64,000 bases of DNA from Candidatus Chisholmbacteria bacterium RIFCSPHIGHO2_01_FULL_52_32 (GCA_001816585.1 MHCJ01000003.1:156228-220227), one strand, 5' to 3'; numbered from the stretch's first letter, positions 18,448-27,354 are shown. Notes: generated by a model not told the origin, from the sequence alone. Program-made: numbers and translations.

Positions 18448-19632
18448 ATGGCAGAGCGGGCATCCGTTGGGATTTTGATTTCCAAACTCCCAAAAAAGAA
18501 TTCGCTGTTTGGCTCAGACTTTCTGCAAACGGGGGAGAAGTCGATACCAGAGATCGAGGCGGTACTGGCGGCGGCTCAAATCCTTCGGAAGTTGAAAAGT
18601 GAGGGGAAGAACACAAGGCTTTTTACTTCGGGGCTGGCGGTCTCTTGGTTTCGGGATAAATCGACGCGAACGCGGTATAGCTTTGCGGCAGCAGCAGATC
18701 TCTTAGGCCTCTCCGTTTTAGATCTCGATGAGGAGAAGACGCAGGTCGCGCATGGGGAAACGGTGCGGGAGACGGCAACAATGCTTTCCTTTCTCACCGA
18801 GGTGTTCGGAATACGGGATGACCTCTATTTGGGAGAAGGGCACGCATTCATGGAGACGGTGGCGCGGGCGGTTGAAGTGGGACACAACGAGGGTGTGTTG
18901 CCAAAACGGCCTAGTGTTTTAAACCTCCAATCGGACCGCGACCATCCTACGCAATCTCTTTCGGACCTTGCGCATCTTACTTCGCACTTCGGGAGCCTTA
19001 AAAATCTGCGGGGGAAAAGATTGGTCATGTCTTGGGCGTACTCGCCGAGCTATGGGAAACCCCTTTCGGTTGCCCAAGGGGTGTGCGGACTCATGACACG
19101 ACTGGGAATGGATGTAGTGCTCGCGTACCCTGATGGGTACGGGTTGATACCGGAGCTCGAGCGGCAGTTTTTCAAGCAAGCGAAAGAGTCGGGCGGCCGA
19201 TTTTCCGTCGTCCATGACATGAAGGAGGCGTTCCGAAATGCCGACAGCGTCTATCCGAAGTCATGGGCTCCGTTTTCCGTCATGGAAGAGGGAACGCGAA
19301 TGCTTCGGAAGGGTGATCGGGAGGCACTGGTGAAGCTAGAGAAGAAAGGATTGGCGATGAACGACAAGCACAAAGATTGGGAGTGTACCGACGCGATGAT
19401 GCGCTCGACAAAAGGAGGGAAGGCGCTATATATGCACTGCCTACCGGCGGATGTATCGGGGGTTAGCTGTAAAGAGGGGGAGGTTGAAAAGAGCGTGTTT
19501 GAGCGGTATCGGAAAGAGCTGTTTTTGCAAGCGGGGCACAAACCTTTTATCATTGCGGCGATGATGATGTTAACCCGATTTGAGAATCCAGCGTTTGTGT
19601 TGAAGAGGACATTGAAGGGTCGGACTTTTTGA
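18448..19632 (+). CDS. Carbamoyltransferase, long YgeW-like member of the OTC/ATC family
   Basis: 394 aa. The STRTR motif is in FRDKSTRTRYSF, with HPTQ and HCLP present. Its length matches the knotted carbamoyltransferase YgeW clade rather than classic ArgF/PyrB. A TATAAT box lies 9 nt upstream of the ATG. Confidence 0.8.
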   Translation: MAERASVGILISKLPKKNSLFGSDFLQTGEKSIPEIEAVLAAAQILRKLKSEGKNTRLFTSGLAVSWFRDKSTRTRYSFAAAADLLGLSVLDLDEEKTQVAHGETVRETATMLSFLTEVFGIRDDLYLGEGHAFMETVARAVEVGHNEGVLPKRPSVLNLQSDRDHPTQSLSDLAHLTSHFGSLKNLRGKRLVMSWAYSPSYGKPLSVAQGVCGLMTRLGMDVVLAYPDGYGLIPELERQFFKQAKESGGRFSVVHDMKEAFRNADSVYPKSWAPFSVMEEGTRMLRKGDREALVKLEKKGLAMNDKHKDWECTDAMMRSTKGGKALYMHCLPADVSGVSCKEGEVEKSVFERYRKELFLQAGHKPFIIAAMMMLTRFENPAFVLKRTLKGRTF

Positions 19633-19733
19633 CGGAAAAAACGGTTATCGGAACGAAAGTGGACACTGGCGTAACTACCGCGTTACAGTGTGCGGTAGTT
19701 GTGCGGGTGAGAGCGGGGTGGCGGAAGGATAGA

Positions 19734-19757
19734 GGGGTTCGTCTTTTCCCCTTGTTT
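19734..19757 (+). terminator. Terminator-like hairpin (gggg-ttcgtctttt-cccc) followed by ttgtttt
   Basis: Read directly in the spacer after the carbamoyltransferase gene. A separate 9-bp perfect hairpin lies upstream at 19684-19711. Confidence 0.45.
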
Positions 19758-19789
19758 TACCCTTGGTAAGCGGTTAGAATTTCCCTCAA

Positions 19790-20761
19790 ATGCACGAGAT
19801 TCACGGTACGCTTCTAAGAATTTCCAAGGAGACCGGTCTGCCGGTGAAAAAAATTCTTGACATGCTGTTTTTCCTGCGGGGCGGTGAGGTAGAGAACAAC
19901 AAGCTGGTTCAGAAGCTCGGGGTGTCGAAGAATGTGCTCAATCAGGTAAAGCAAAAGTTATCCGATCTTTTTGAACCACCTTCGACGGTGACTGCGTTGT
20001 CGGGGAAGGGAAGGGAGCTTACGGATTTGCTGTTTCCGGAGGGGTACCGCCCGGAAGAAGAATTGTGGGTGAATCTCCGGGATGTGCGCTTTATCCAGAT
20101 ACAAAAGCTCTTACAAAAGTACAAGGGTTTGCGACCGGAGCCTTTCAGAAAGTACGATCAATTCACCGCAACTGTTGAAACCACCGCACGAAGGGCAGCT
20201 TTGATCGATTTTTTTGCGGACGTTCAGGGAAAAAATCTACTGTTCTTAGGGGATGATGATTTTACCTCGGTTGCGGTGTCTGCTTATGGGACAGCAAAGA
20301 CCGTTTCGGTTTTGGATATTGATGAGCGGATTCTTCGTGGCATCCGCACCATTTCTGATAAGGATAAATTTCAGATTCGTTGCGAGCGATATGATGCACG
20401 GGGGGAGTTACCAAAAAAGTTTACCGGTGCGTTTGATGTTGTCTTCACTGACCCTCCGTATACCCAGACCGGCATCTCGCTTTTTGTTTCGCGGGCCATT
20501 GAAGCCCTGGATCCGGCAAACCTTGCCGGGCGAATATACTGTTGCTACGGGAACAGCGATCGGGCAAAGGAGCGATTCCTGCCCATTTACGAGGTTTTTG
20601 GGCACTCCGGATTGATGATCCGCTGGATATTCGATAAGCTCAATCGGTATGATGGAGCGGAGTCAATCGGAAGTACGAGCAGCCTGTTTGTCTGTGATGT
20701 GACACCGAAGACCAAACCGGTCATCAAAGGAGATTATGACGGAGCAATCTACACGGGTTAA
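19790..20761 (+). CDS. BpsA/DUF43-like putative aminopropyltransferase (DPPY-motif Rossmann enzyme)
   Basis: 323 aa with LFLGDDDFTSVA and FDVVFTDPPYT motifs. The adjacent gene is a pyruvoyl SAM decarboxylase, which supports a polyamine aminopropyl-transfer role over a DNA methyltransferase. Confidence 0.5.
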   Translation: MHEIHGTLLRISKETGLPVKKILDMLFFLRGGEVENNKLVQKLGVSKNVLNQVKQKLSDLFEPPSTVTALSGKGRELTDLLFPEGYRPEEELWVNLRDVRFIQIQKLLQKYKGLRPEPFRKYDQFTATVETTARRAALIDFFADVQGKNLLFLGDDDFTSVAVSAYGTAKTVSVLDIDERILRGIRTISDKDKFQIRCERYDARGELPKKFTGAFDVVFTDPPYTQTGISLFVSRAIEALDPANLAGRIYCCYGNSDRAKERFLPIYEVFGHSGLMIRWIFDKLNRYDGAESIGSTSSLFVCDVTPKTKPVIKGDYDGAIYTG

Positions 20762-21134
20762 GGGAATAAGAGGCGATCCGCAGGCCCCGAATGTCTATCA
20801 ATTTTCTGCCCTGGCTGTGGTTCGGGACGCAATTCCTGATACAGAAGAGAGGGTAGGGGAATTCGCTCACGGGATTATCAAAGGGCTTCATCTTACGGCT
20901 TTGCAAAAAAGCTCATTCCGGTTTCACCCGAGCGGAATGACCATCGTTTTTATACTTTCCCAATCGCATCTTGCAATCCATACTTGGCCGGAATACCGGA
21001 GTGTCCATATTGATTTGGTGAGTTGTGTGCCGCTCCGGAAAGCGGAGGTTTTAGCGTGTTTTCGTGAGGTTTTTAGGCGGTTTGGCATTGAGCGGTTTAT
21101 TTTCAAGACAGAACGGATGACAACGGGGATTTAG
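20736..21134 (+). CDS. speH: S-adenosylmethionine decarboxylase proenzyme (SpeH-type, pyruvoyl-dependent)
   Basis: 132 aa. FHPSGMTIVFILSQSHLAIHTWPEYRSVHIDLVSC aligns with the SpeH processing and active-site region (..[26 protein letters not shown]). Gln replaces the usual Glu before the cleavage Ser. Confidence 0.8.
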   Translation: MTEQSTRVKGIRGDPQAPNVYQFSALAVVRDAIPDTEERVGEFAHGIIKGLHLTALQKSSFRFHPSGMTIVFILSQSHLAIHTWPEYRSVHIDLVSCVPLRKAEVLACFREVFRRFGIERFIFKTERMTTGI

Positions 21135-21138
21135 GAGT

Positions 21139-21708
21139 ATGCTTGCGGAAGGTTTCACGGAGTTCGTTCGGCGGCATAAGAATATTGCGAGCCTTGTTGC
21201 GGTTTTGGCGGCGCTCGTTATCAGTTGGGGAATATTTGTTTACAGCGACCGACTGGCGTACCTCGCGCGGTATGGCTACATCGGTATCTTCTTTCTCTCG
21301 ATGCTCGGGAATGCAACGATCCTGTTGCCGATGCCGTCGATGGTTTCTGTCTATATTGCGGGCGGGTTGTTTAATCCAATTATCGTCGGCTTTATGGCGA
21401 GTGCCGGGGGCGCTATCGGAGAACTGACGGGGTACCTGGCCGGAGTCGGGGGACACCGGATCATTAAGGAGCGCAAGCTGTTTATCCTGATTGAAAAGTG
21501 GGTGCACCGGTATGGGGTGGTTGGGATTTTTCTGTTTGCCATGATTCCCAACCCTTTTTTTGATATGGTGGGACTCACGGCAGGGCTTATGCGCGTTCCG
21601 GTTTTTCAATTCCTGGTTGCGACCTGGCTAGGGCAGACGGTGAAGTTTCTTTTGATTTCGTATTTGGGGGCGGGATCAACCGGCTTGATGGAGCGATGGT
21701 TGCACTGA
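21139..21708 (+). CDS. DedA/YqaA-family (VTT/SNARE-associated domain) membrane protein
   Basis: 189 aa with about 4 TM helices. The segment YGYIGIFFLSMLGNATILLPMPS...GELTGYLAG fits the DedA core. Confidence 0.6.
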   Translation: MLAEGFTEFVRRHKNIASLVAVLAALVISWGIFVYSDRLAYLARYGYIGIFFLSMLGNATILLPMPSMVSVYIAGGLFNPIIVGFMASAGGAIGELTGYLAGVGGHRIIKERKLFILIEKWVHRYGVVGIFLFAMIPNPFFDMVGLTAGLMRVPVFQFLVATWLGQTVKFLLISYLGAGSTGLMERWLH

Positions 21709-21845
21709 ATTTATTGTACTTTCCTGTGAGCTTCGTTACAGTTTTGTGCACAGGATTTTGAGTAGTGTGAACCATTATCGTGTTGATGTGGGGAGCCACA
21801 GTTGGATAGGAAGGATCTCTCATACATTGACAATACTCGTTCGTA

Positions 21846-21920
21846 GGGGCACCAGTGAGATAGCATAAATGCATCTCACGGTGCCCTCGTGAGATGGCTG
21901 GAAGCCTATCTCACCGAGGG
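21846..21920 (+). promoter_or_regulatory. Tandem overlapping hairpins built from GTGAGAT/ATCTCAC palindromic units, with the 3' arm covering the RBS of the downstream lipoprotein gene
   Basis: gggcaccagtgagat...atctcacggtgccc and ccctcgtgagat...atctcaccgagggg share a strand. The 3' arm (ccgaggggagg) overlaps the GGAGG-like RBS 10 nt before the ATG at 21934. Confidence 0.5.
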
Positions 21921-21933
21921 GAGGTGAAACAGC

Positions 21934-22374
21934 ATGAAAAAGAGTCATCTTCTCGGCTTGGTTTTGGCAGGCTTCTTACTTGCCGGTTGTTTCCATACGG
22001 GCTTGAAGAACCAGACAGGGGTGACGACGACCCAACCGGTAGAACCATCGATAACGGGAACAGAGGCAACGGAGGCAACCGGAGAAGCAGTGCAGGTTGA
22101 AGAGGGCACGACGGTGCGTTATACCGACACGGGATTCGTACCTCAGAGTATTTCCGTGATTGTTGGGGACAGTGTTACCTTTGTCAATGAAAGCGGCAAG
22201 CAGATGTGGGTTGCCTCAGCGGTGCACCCGACGCACCAAGTCCTGCCCGGTTTTGACCAGTTGACGGCCGTGGGCATGGGAGAGTCCTATACCTACACCT
22301 TTGAAATGGCAGGGCAGTGGAAATACCATAACCATGTCTCTCCTGGTGACACCGGGGTTGTAGTTGTGGAATAA
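21934..22374 (+). CDS. Lipoprotein with a cupredoxin-like beta-sandwich domain (no Cys ligand)
   Basis: 146 aa with a lipobox signal peptide (LLAGCF), a Thr/Glu-rich linker, and a C-terminal His-rich beta region (HPTHQ, YHNHVSPGD). Confidence 0.55.
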   Translation: MKKSHLLGLVLAGFLLAGCFHTGLKNQTGVTTTQPVEPSITGTEATEATGEAVQVEEGTTVRYTDTGFVPQSISVIVGDSVTFVNESGKQMWVASAVHPTHQVLPGFDQLTAVGMGESYTYTFEMAGQWKYHNHVSPGDTGVVVVE

Positions 22375-22454
22375 GTCGCCCGGCTCGAAACAGTGCTTGA
22401 CTCTCTCCGCGGTTATCTTGGACGGAGTCTGTCCTTCGGGGTGAGGCTTTGTGG

Positions 22455-22886
22455 TTAGACTTCTTTTTGGGAGGGCGCAAGGGCCAGGATCTGCTGGACT
22501 GAGTGGGTGAGTTCATCCTTTTTCAAGGAAAGATTGGCCTGGGCATCTTCAAATGACTGCAGATATAACTTTTGATTGGTTAAGCCGACTATGAGCATTT
22601 TTGGCTTGCGTTCCCTGATTAGTGGTACGGCCTCAAAGCCCTTCATTTTCCCGTAGCCAAAGTCTCCGTCTATAAAGCAGATATCGTAATCCTCAAGATT
22701 CTCCGCAGTGAGGAATTGCTCGCATGTTAAAAACTGGTGAATGACCGTATCTGTGAGTCCACCTTGTTCGCGGAGAATTTCTTCTGCGAGTTTGGCGAAT
22801 TCCCTCCGATCTTCTATCAAGGCAACCCAGGCTTTCGACCACCAATCTTTGACTTCTGTTGATCTTTGCGACTCGGGTCTTGTCAT
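22455..22886 (-). CDS. Stand-alone response-regulator receiver (REC) domain protein
   Basis: 143 aa. The acidic pocket is ALIEDRRE, the phospho-acceptor is in DICFIDGDFGYG, with MLIVGLT and a downstream K. No output domain. Confidence 0.55.
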   Translation of the reverse strand: MTRPESQRSTEVKDWWSKAWVALIEDRREFAKLAEEILREQGGLTDTVIHQFLTCEQFLTAENLEDYDICFIDGDFGYGKMKGFEAVPLIRERKPKMLIVGLTNQKLYLQSFEDAQANLSLKKDELTHSVQQILALAPSQKEV

Positions 22887-23007
22887 ATTGCTGTACCCCG
22901 CTTTTTTTGAAATACTTCGTTATTATACCAGGAATAATCAAATTTCCTCGAAGCATTGAAGCGACCCTCTTCGTGTTTTCTGGAGAGTGGTATAATCTGT
23001 CCACTTT

Positions 23008-23433
23008 ATGACTTCGAAAGAGAGCGACTTGTCACCGCAGGAGAAAGAGTTCGTAAGGGAAACCATCCGCCGGGCAGCTTCCATGGCCAGACATGATGCC
23101 TACGGGAACGCAATTATGGATTTGGCTGAAAGCCTTGGAAAGAATCCTCTGCAGCAGGTCGAGCTGACCCTTCGAGAACTCGGACTCGGCGTATATATTA
23201 TTGCAGTGCCGGTTGAGGGTGTTGGAGACTTTGAGGCGAGAACGTTTGACATCAAAGAGCGTTGTCGGTACAGCTTTGCCATTATTGAGGGTGATGCAGA
23301 AGGTGCATGGATTAAAATGGCGGAGAACGGAACAACTCCGGAGGAAAATCTCGCCAATCTCGCCCAAGCCGGGGTGCTTGTACCCGTCCCGGGAACGGGG
23401 TATGCCCGGATGATCCATGCGAAGGATAACTGA
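23008..23433 (+). CDS. Hypothetical protein
   Basis: 141-aa ORF with a plausible start, divergent from the REC gene. No recognisable motif. Confidence 0.45.
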   Translation: MTSKESDLSPQEKEFVRETIRRAASMARHDAYGNAIMDLAESLGKNPLQQVELTLRELGLGVYIIAVPVEGVGDFEARTFDIKERCRYSFAIIEGDAEGAWIKMAENGTTPEENLANLAQAGVLVPVPGTGYARMIHAKDN

Positions 23434-23535
23434 CTTTTCGGAGTATCCTTGGCGGTTCGGGGATTTTGAGCAACTCCAGGTAGGATGCTGCTGAAAAGTA
23501 TTGGCGATCCCTCGTTTGGCAGAGCATGATACAAT

Positions 23536-25281
23536 ATGCTCTCCATGGTTCGGAAGCTTGTTGCTGTCATTTTCGTCGTTGTCGTCTATAACCTCTTCTT
23601 TTACAGACAATTCTTTCCGTTTCCAGGCACGATTGCGTTTCTCCTCCTCATTTTTTCTCTCCATGCCTTTCTCTGGACTGCATTTTTCCCAAAAACGTTC
23701 TCCGAGAAGCACAGGCTTGCCGGTGCGGCAACGTTTCTCTCGCTTCTGATGGCCGCCATCTCCGTTTTTCGAGCCAGTGAGGTTGATCTTTTCGTTTTCT
23801 TCTTTGCAAGCCTTGGTCTGTCCCTCATTTCCCTCTATTTTCTGGCGCTCAGGCATCGGGAGTTCGGGGCTGTTTCCGAGTTTGTGAGCATGCCGTTTGT
23901 CATTGCGATGGAATGGATACGCGAATTTTTTCTTTTGTGTTTTGAGAGGATGCCGGGTTTATTGGGATGGTTGGGAGCGTTCTTCAGGCATTCAGGAAAG
24001 CCGCCCTCTCCCAGGCGCCGGTTGGCATCGGGGGTCATTCGAGGGCTATTGCTCGCTGGGCCGGTCGTATTGGTGATCACGGTTCTTCTGCGCGCGGCTG
24101 ACCCTATCTTTACCCAGATGACTGATCGGATCCTCAGGCTTCTGCCGAAGCTTCAATCGGACGTTCTGCGGAGGATTGTAGAAAGCATCAGCATTACCGT
24201 GCTGGTCACGCCGATGGCCCTGCTTGCCGTACGCCGTAAGTTTGTGTCACCGCTTCTCAGGCAAGACATCGGGAGACTGCGTGTTGAAGCGCTGACGATG
24301 GTTGGGTTGATCGCAATGGTTCTTACTGCCTTCCTGGTCATCCAATTCCGCTATCTGTTTGCCACAGTCCCCGAGGTGGAACTTCAGCAGTTCGGGGTCA
24401 TGACGTACTCAGAGTACGTGCGGCGGGGATTTGTTGAGCTTATCGTTGTCTCGGTCATTGTCTACTTGGTCGCCAACGCTGGCTATCTCATTATGCGAGC
24501 AACTCAGGCAGGAGAAGGTGTGTGGCTCAAGCGGATGAATTTGGCACTCCTTGCGGAGATCTTGATTTTTGTCGTCTCCATATACCGGCGGGTTTCCCTC
24601 TATCAGATGTATCACGGTCTGACACGTATTCGGATTTATGGGAGTGTGTTTCTTGTGGTTCTGGTTGCCCTCACCGCTGTTTTGATCCTGCGGCACCTGT
24701 GGACTGGTGTTTGCAAATGGTATCGCTACGAAGCAGGGATTATCGTCGGGGGAGTCCTTCTCATTGCTTGTCTCAATCCTGATCGGCTGATTGCCACGAC
24801 GTTTCCGCCGACGGTCAACGGGGAGGTTGACGAGGTCTATATCGCTAGACTTTCGGCAAGCGCGGTTGAGGGGTGGCTTGAGGCCTACCAGGCAGCTGAA
24901 AGGACCGCTACGCAGTATCGGGGACGCGATCCACTGCGGATTTTTCCGGATGAAACGCGGAAACTCATCTATACCCAGCGGTCGCTTCAGGCGTTGCGAA
25001 GCCGCTACCGCTCACTTATCGGACGGTACGGGAGTGCGGGGGAGTATGAGCAGATTGAATATCGGGATTCGGAAAGGAGTTCCATACCGACTGCCCTGTC
25101 TCCGCGGCCGACACTGTGGGTCAATCTTGCCGAACTTGCGGCCTACCGAAAGCTCTCCTTTTCCGTTCCGCCTTCAGCCCTGGTAACGAGGGAGGAGGAA
25201 ATCTCTACGCTCCTTGAGGCGATACCGAAAGAACATTATCCCGAGAGTCTCGATCGCTCCAGCAATACCCCGCTTCTTTGA
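23536..25281 (+). CDS. Large polytopic membrane protein of unknown function with a C-terminal soluble domain
   Basis: 581 aa with 10 or more predicted TM helices across the first ~400 residues, then a hydrophilic ~150-aa tail. Confidence 0.6.
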   Translation: MLSMVRKLVAVIFVVVVYNLFFYRQFFPFPGTIAFLLLIFSLHAFLWTAFFPKTFSEKHRLAGAATFLSLLMAAISVFRASEVDLFVFFFASLGLSLISLYFLALRHREFGAVSEFVSMPFVIAMEWIREFFLLCFERMPGLLGWLGAFFRHSGKPPSPRRRLASGVIRGLLLAGPVVLVITVLLRAADPIFTQMTDRILRLLPKLQSDVLRRIVESISITVLVTPMALLAVRRKFVSPLLRQDIGRLRVEALTMVGLIAMVLTAFLVIQFRYLFATVPEVELQQFGVMTYSEYVRRGFVELIVVSVIVYLVANAGYLIMRATQAGEGVWLKRMNLALLAEILIFVVSIYRRVSLYQMYHGLTRIRIYGSVFLVVLVALTAVLILRHLWTGVCKWYRYEAGIIVGGVLLIACLNPDRLIATTFPPTVNGEVDEVYIARLSASAVEGWLEAYQAAERTATQYRGRDPLRIFPDETRKLIYTQRSLQALRSRYRSLIGRYGSAGEYEQIEYRDSERSSIPTALSPRPTLWVNLAELAAYRKLSFSVPPSALVTREEEISTLLEAIPKEHYPESLDRSSNTPLL

Positions 25282-25297
25282 TTGTGGTTTATAATAC

Positions 25298-25570
25298 ATG
25301 CAGATCCAAAGGAGAAGTATGTCTGTAGACGACCAAGAAAAGCCAACGAAGGGGACGGATCCGGAGGCCCATATTGCGATTGGGAAGAAGCGGATGTTTC
25401 AGGTAACGGATGAAGCAACGATCCGTAGGCTGGAGAAGCTTGCGGCCGATCTGGTCGAGAGTGGGCAAGACGGTGTCGGAAATCCTCGCGGAGTAGAAAT
25501 TATGGGCCCCGACCAACTGGACGACCGGGCTGCCCACAAGATTGATGATGAAACGCCCACGGCACGGTAA
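25298..25570 (+). CDS. Hypothetical small acidic protein
   Basis: 90-aa ORF with a GGAG-like RBS (caaaggagaagtATG). Confidence 0.35.
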   Translation: MQIQRRSMSVDDQEKPTKGTDPEAHIAIGKKRMFQVTDEATIRRLEKLAADLVESGQDGVGNPRGVEIMGPDQLDDRAAHKIDDETPTAR

Positions 25571-25587
25571 GGAGATCCGCAGGGCTT

Positions 25588-26001
25588 TCAGGAAAACCTG
25601 ATCTTGGGGATTTCTAATTCTTCTTCCTGTTTCTGAGGTTTGTTGTCAGGGTTGTTTCTCTCCTTTGACGGTACTTGGGGAGGACCGTTTACGGCTGCCT
25701 TCTTGATTCCGACGCGATCGATCATCGGGAAGCGGTCGGAGACTGCTTCGCGGAATTTCTCCGCAAGCTTGGGGGTGAAGCTCGCGTAACCCGAGCCTTG
25801 GGAGCGGGAGCAGAGACGATCTTCGTAGTCGCGAATGACCTCAAGTACCGCTTCGCCTTCAGTATTGAACTGTTCCTGCCACATGTCCGGGTCGAGCGCG
25901 TATTGAGCATGGACCTCCTCGAATGATTTGAAGAGTTCTTGGTGTTTTTTTAGCATTTCTTTGAAGATTTTCTGATATTTGGTCATTTTACAATTATACA
26001 A
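25588..26001 (-). CDS. Hypothetical protein
   Basis: 137-aa ORF downstream of the holin-like gene on the same strand. The likely start is MTKYQKIF. No motif recognised. Confidence 0.45.
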   Translation of the reverse strand: MYNCKMTKYQKIFKEMLKKHQELFKSFEEVHAQYALDPDMWQEQFNTEGEAVLEVIRDYEDRLCSRSQGSGYASFTPKLAEKFREAVSDRFPMIDRVGIKKAAVNGPPQVPSKERNNPDNKPQKQEEELEIPKIRFS

Positions 26002-26085
26002 TGCGATGAAGACGATGGATGGTTTTGTGGCATAAACGGAAGTTGGGGGAAACGGCCTGAGCTTTTTTCCCTGAAGCGGCCGTCG

Positions 26086-26412
26086 TCAGGTGTGGTTGAG
26101 CTTGGTTAAGGGGAAGCACTGGAGAATGAGGTTTTGGGCATCTTCGTACTTTTTGAGCTTTGCGCTTTCCATGAGCTCGTGGGTGGCATACTCCAACTTC
26201 TTCGGTCCGTTTCCTGGTCCCGGATATTTTTGTTCAGCCATTTCAATTGCTTTAAATGCCGTTTCTGTGCGGTGATGGAGGACAGTAATCTGGTGCTTAT
26301 GATTCAAGCGGCTAAACAGCCTGCTCGTGGCGTAGCCGGCGAGGTAGATGACCAAGGCTGCGGTGAGCTCGCCGGGGAGAGAGGAAAATAGAGCGGCAAA
26401 GGATTGCTCCAT
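26086..26412 (-). CDS. Phage-type holin, LL-H-like family (putative)
   Basis: 108 aa with an N-terminal TM (LTAALVIYLAGYATSRLF). The central AIEMAEQKYPGPGNGPKKLEYATHELME resembles the LL-H holin signature (A.EQ...G.G..K..yA). Confidence 0.5.
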   Translation of the reverse strand: MEQSFAALFSSLPGELTAALVIYLAGYATSRLFSRLNHKHQITVLHHRTETAFKAIEMAEQKYPGPGNGPKKLEYATHELMESAKLKKYEDAQNLILQCFPLTKLNHT

Positions 26413-26478
26413 GGTTTACTCCTTCTTTTTCTATCATATCGATGATTCTGTCCTTAAACAATGGTTGGAGATGATTAG

Positions 26479-27354
26479 ATGACGGAATACGAGTCTTGCT
26501 TTAACATGGCGTTTTTCAATGTCATAATAGACCGTATGGAACCGTTTTTGGCGACTCTGTTTCGCTATGCTCTGGCGATTTTGCCCTGGGTTCTCGTGGG
26601 GATGTGCCTCGCGTTTTTTCTTGAGAAAAAGATCAACAGAAAGGCAATTCGGGATCATTTCAGCCGCGTCAGTATCCGAGGGTTGTTTGTTGTTCAGATT
26701 CTCGGGATGATTTCTCCTTTAAGCATTATGTCGTTTTTGCCGATGGCGTCGGAGCTTGAAGGAATGGGCTTCAATCCGGGAATACTGCTTTCTTTCCTGA
26801 TTGCCGAACGGGCCTACGATCTGCAATCCTTCTTTATTGTTTCCGGCTTGTTCGGGATTCGCTATGCTCTGTTGAACGGACTCGCTATCTTTCTGACTCT
26901 TTTGGTTACCGGGTTGTTCTTACGGAAAACCCTGGTACGCTTTACCGCTGTGCATAAACTATTTCATCATGGTTTCTGGCAGAGGCAGGGTCGTTTGTTT
27001 GTGCTTGTGGTTTTGGGGATCGTGGCCGGGGCGATTGTGCGGACCGTTATCCCGGAAGGACAATTTCATGCGTATACCGGGGGTAATACGGGGGGGTTTT
27101 TGGTCGCACTTCTTACAGGTTTCCTTTTCTATTTCGGCCCGATTGTAGGGAATTACCCCGTGGCCAAGGCCTTTGCTGAACTTGGGATGTCTCCGATGGG
27201 TACCTTTGCGTTCCTTACGGTGTCTCCGATCCTGAATCTCGTGGTCATCATGCTGTTTGGTGCAAGTGTAGGATGGAGAAACACACTGAAAGCTTTTTTC
27301 GTCTATGCTGTTACGGCATCCATCGTGACCGTTCTGCTTTCATTCCTTTTGTAA
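26479..27354 (+). CDS. Putative permease (DUF318/ArsP-like, COG0701)
   Basis: 291 aa with about 8 TM helices. The N-terminus LATLFRYALAILPWVLVGMCLAFFLEKKI resembles COG0701 permeases. Confidence 0.5.
   Translation: MTEYESCFNMAFFNVIIDRMEPFLATLFRYALAILPWVLVGMCLAFFLEKKINRKAIRDHFSRVSIRGLFVVQILGMISPLSIMSFLPMASELEGMGFNPGILLSFLIAERAYDLQSFFIVSGLFGIRYALLNGLAIFLTLLVTGLFLRKTLVRFTAVHKLFHHGFWQRQGRLFVLVVLGIVAGAIVRTVIPEGQFHAYTGGNTGGFLVALLTGFLFYFGPIVGNYPVAKAFAELGMSPMGTFAFLTVSPILNLVVIMLFGASVGWRNTLKAFFVYAVTASIVTVLLSFLL

Noticed and set aside
23032-23856. 274-aa minus-strand ORF antisense to the 23008-23433 and 23536-25281 genes
   Set aside because: The composition is extremely K/E/R/N-rich and of low complexity, and it has many Cys. 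It overlaps two better-supported plus-strand genes across its whole length, which fits an antisense artefact in a GA-rich region.
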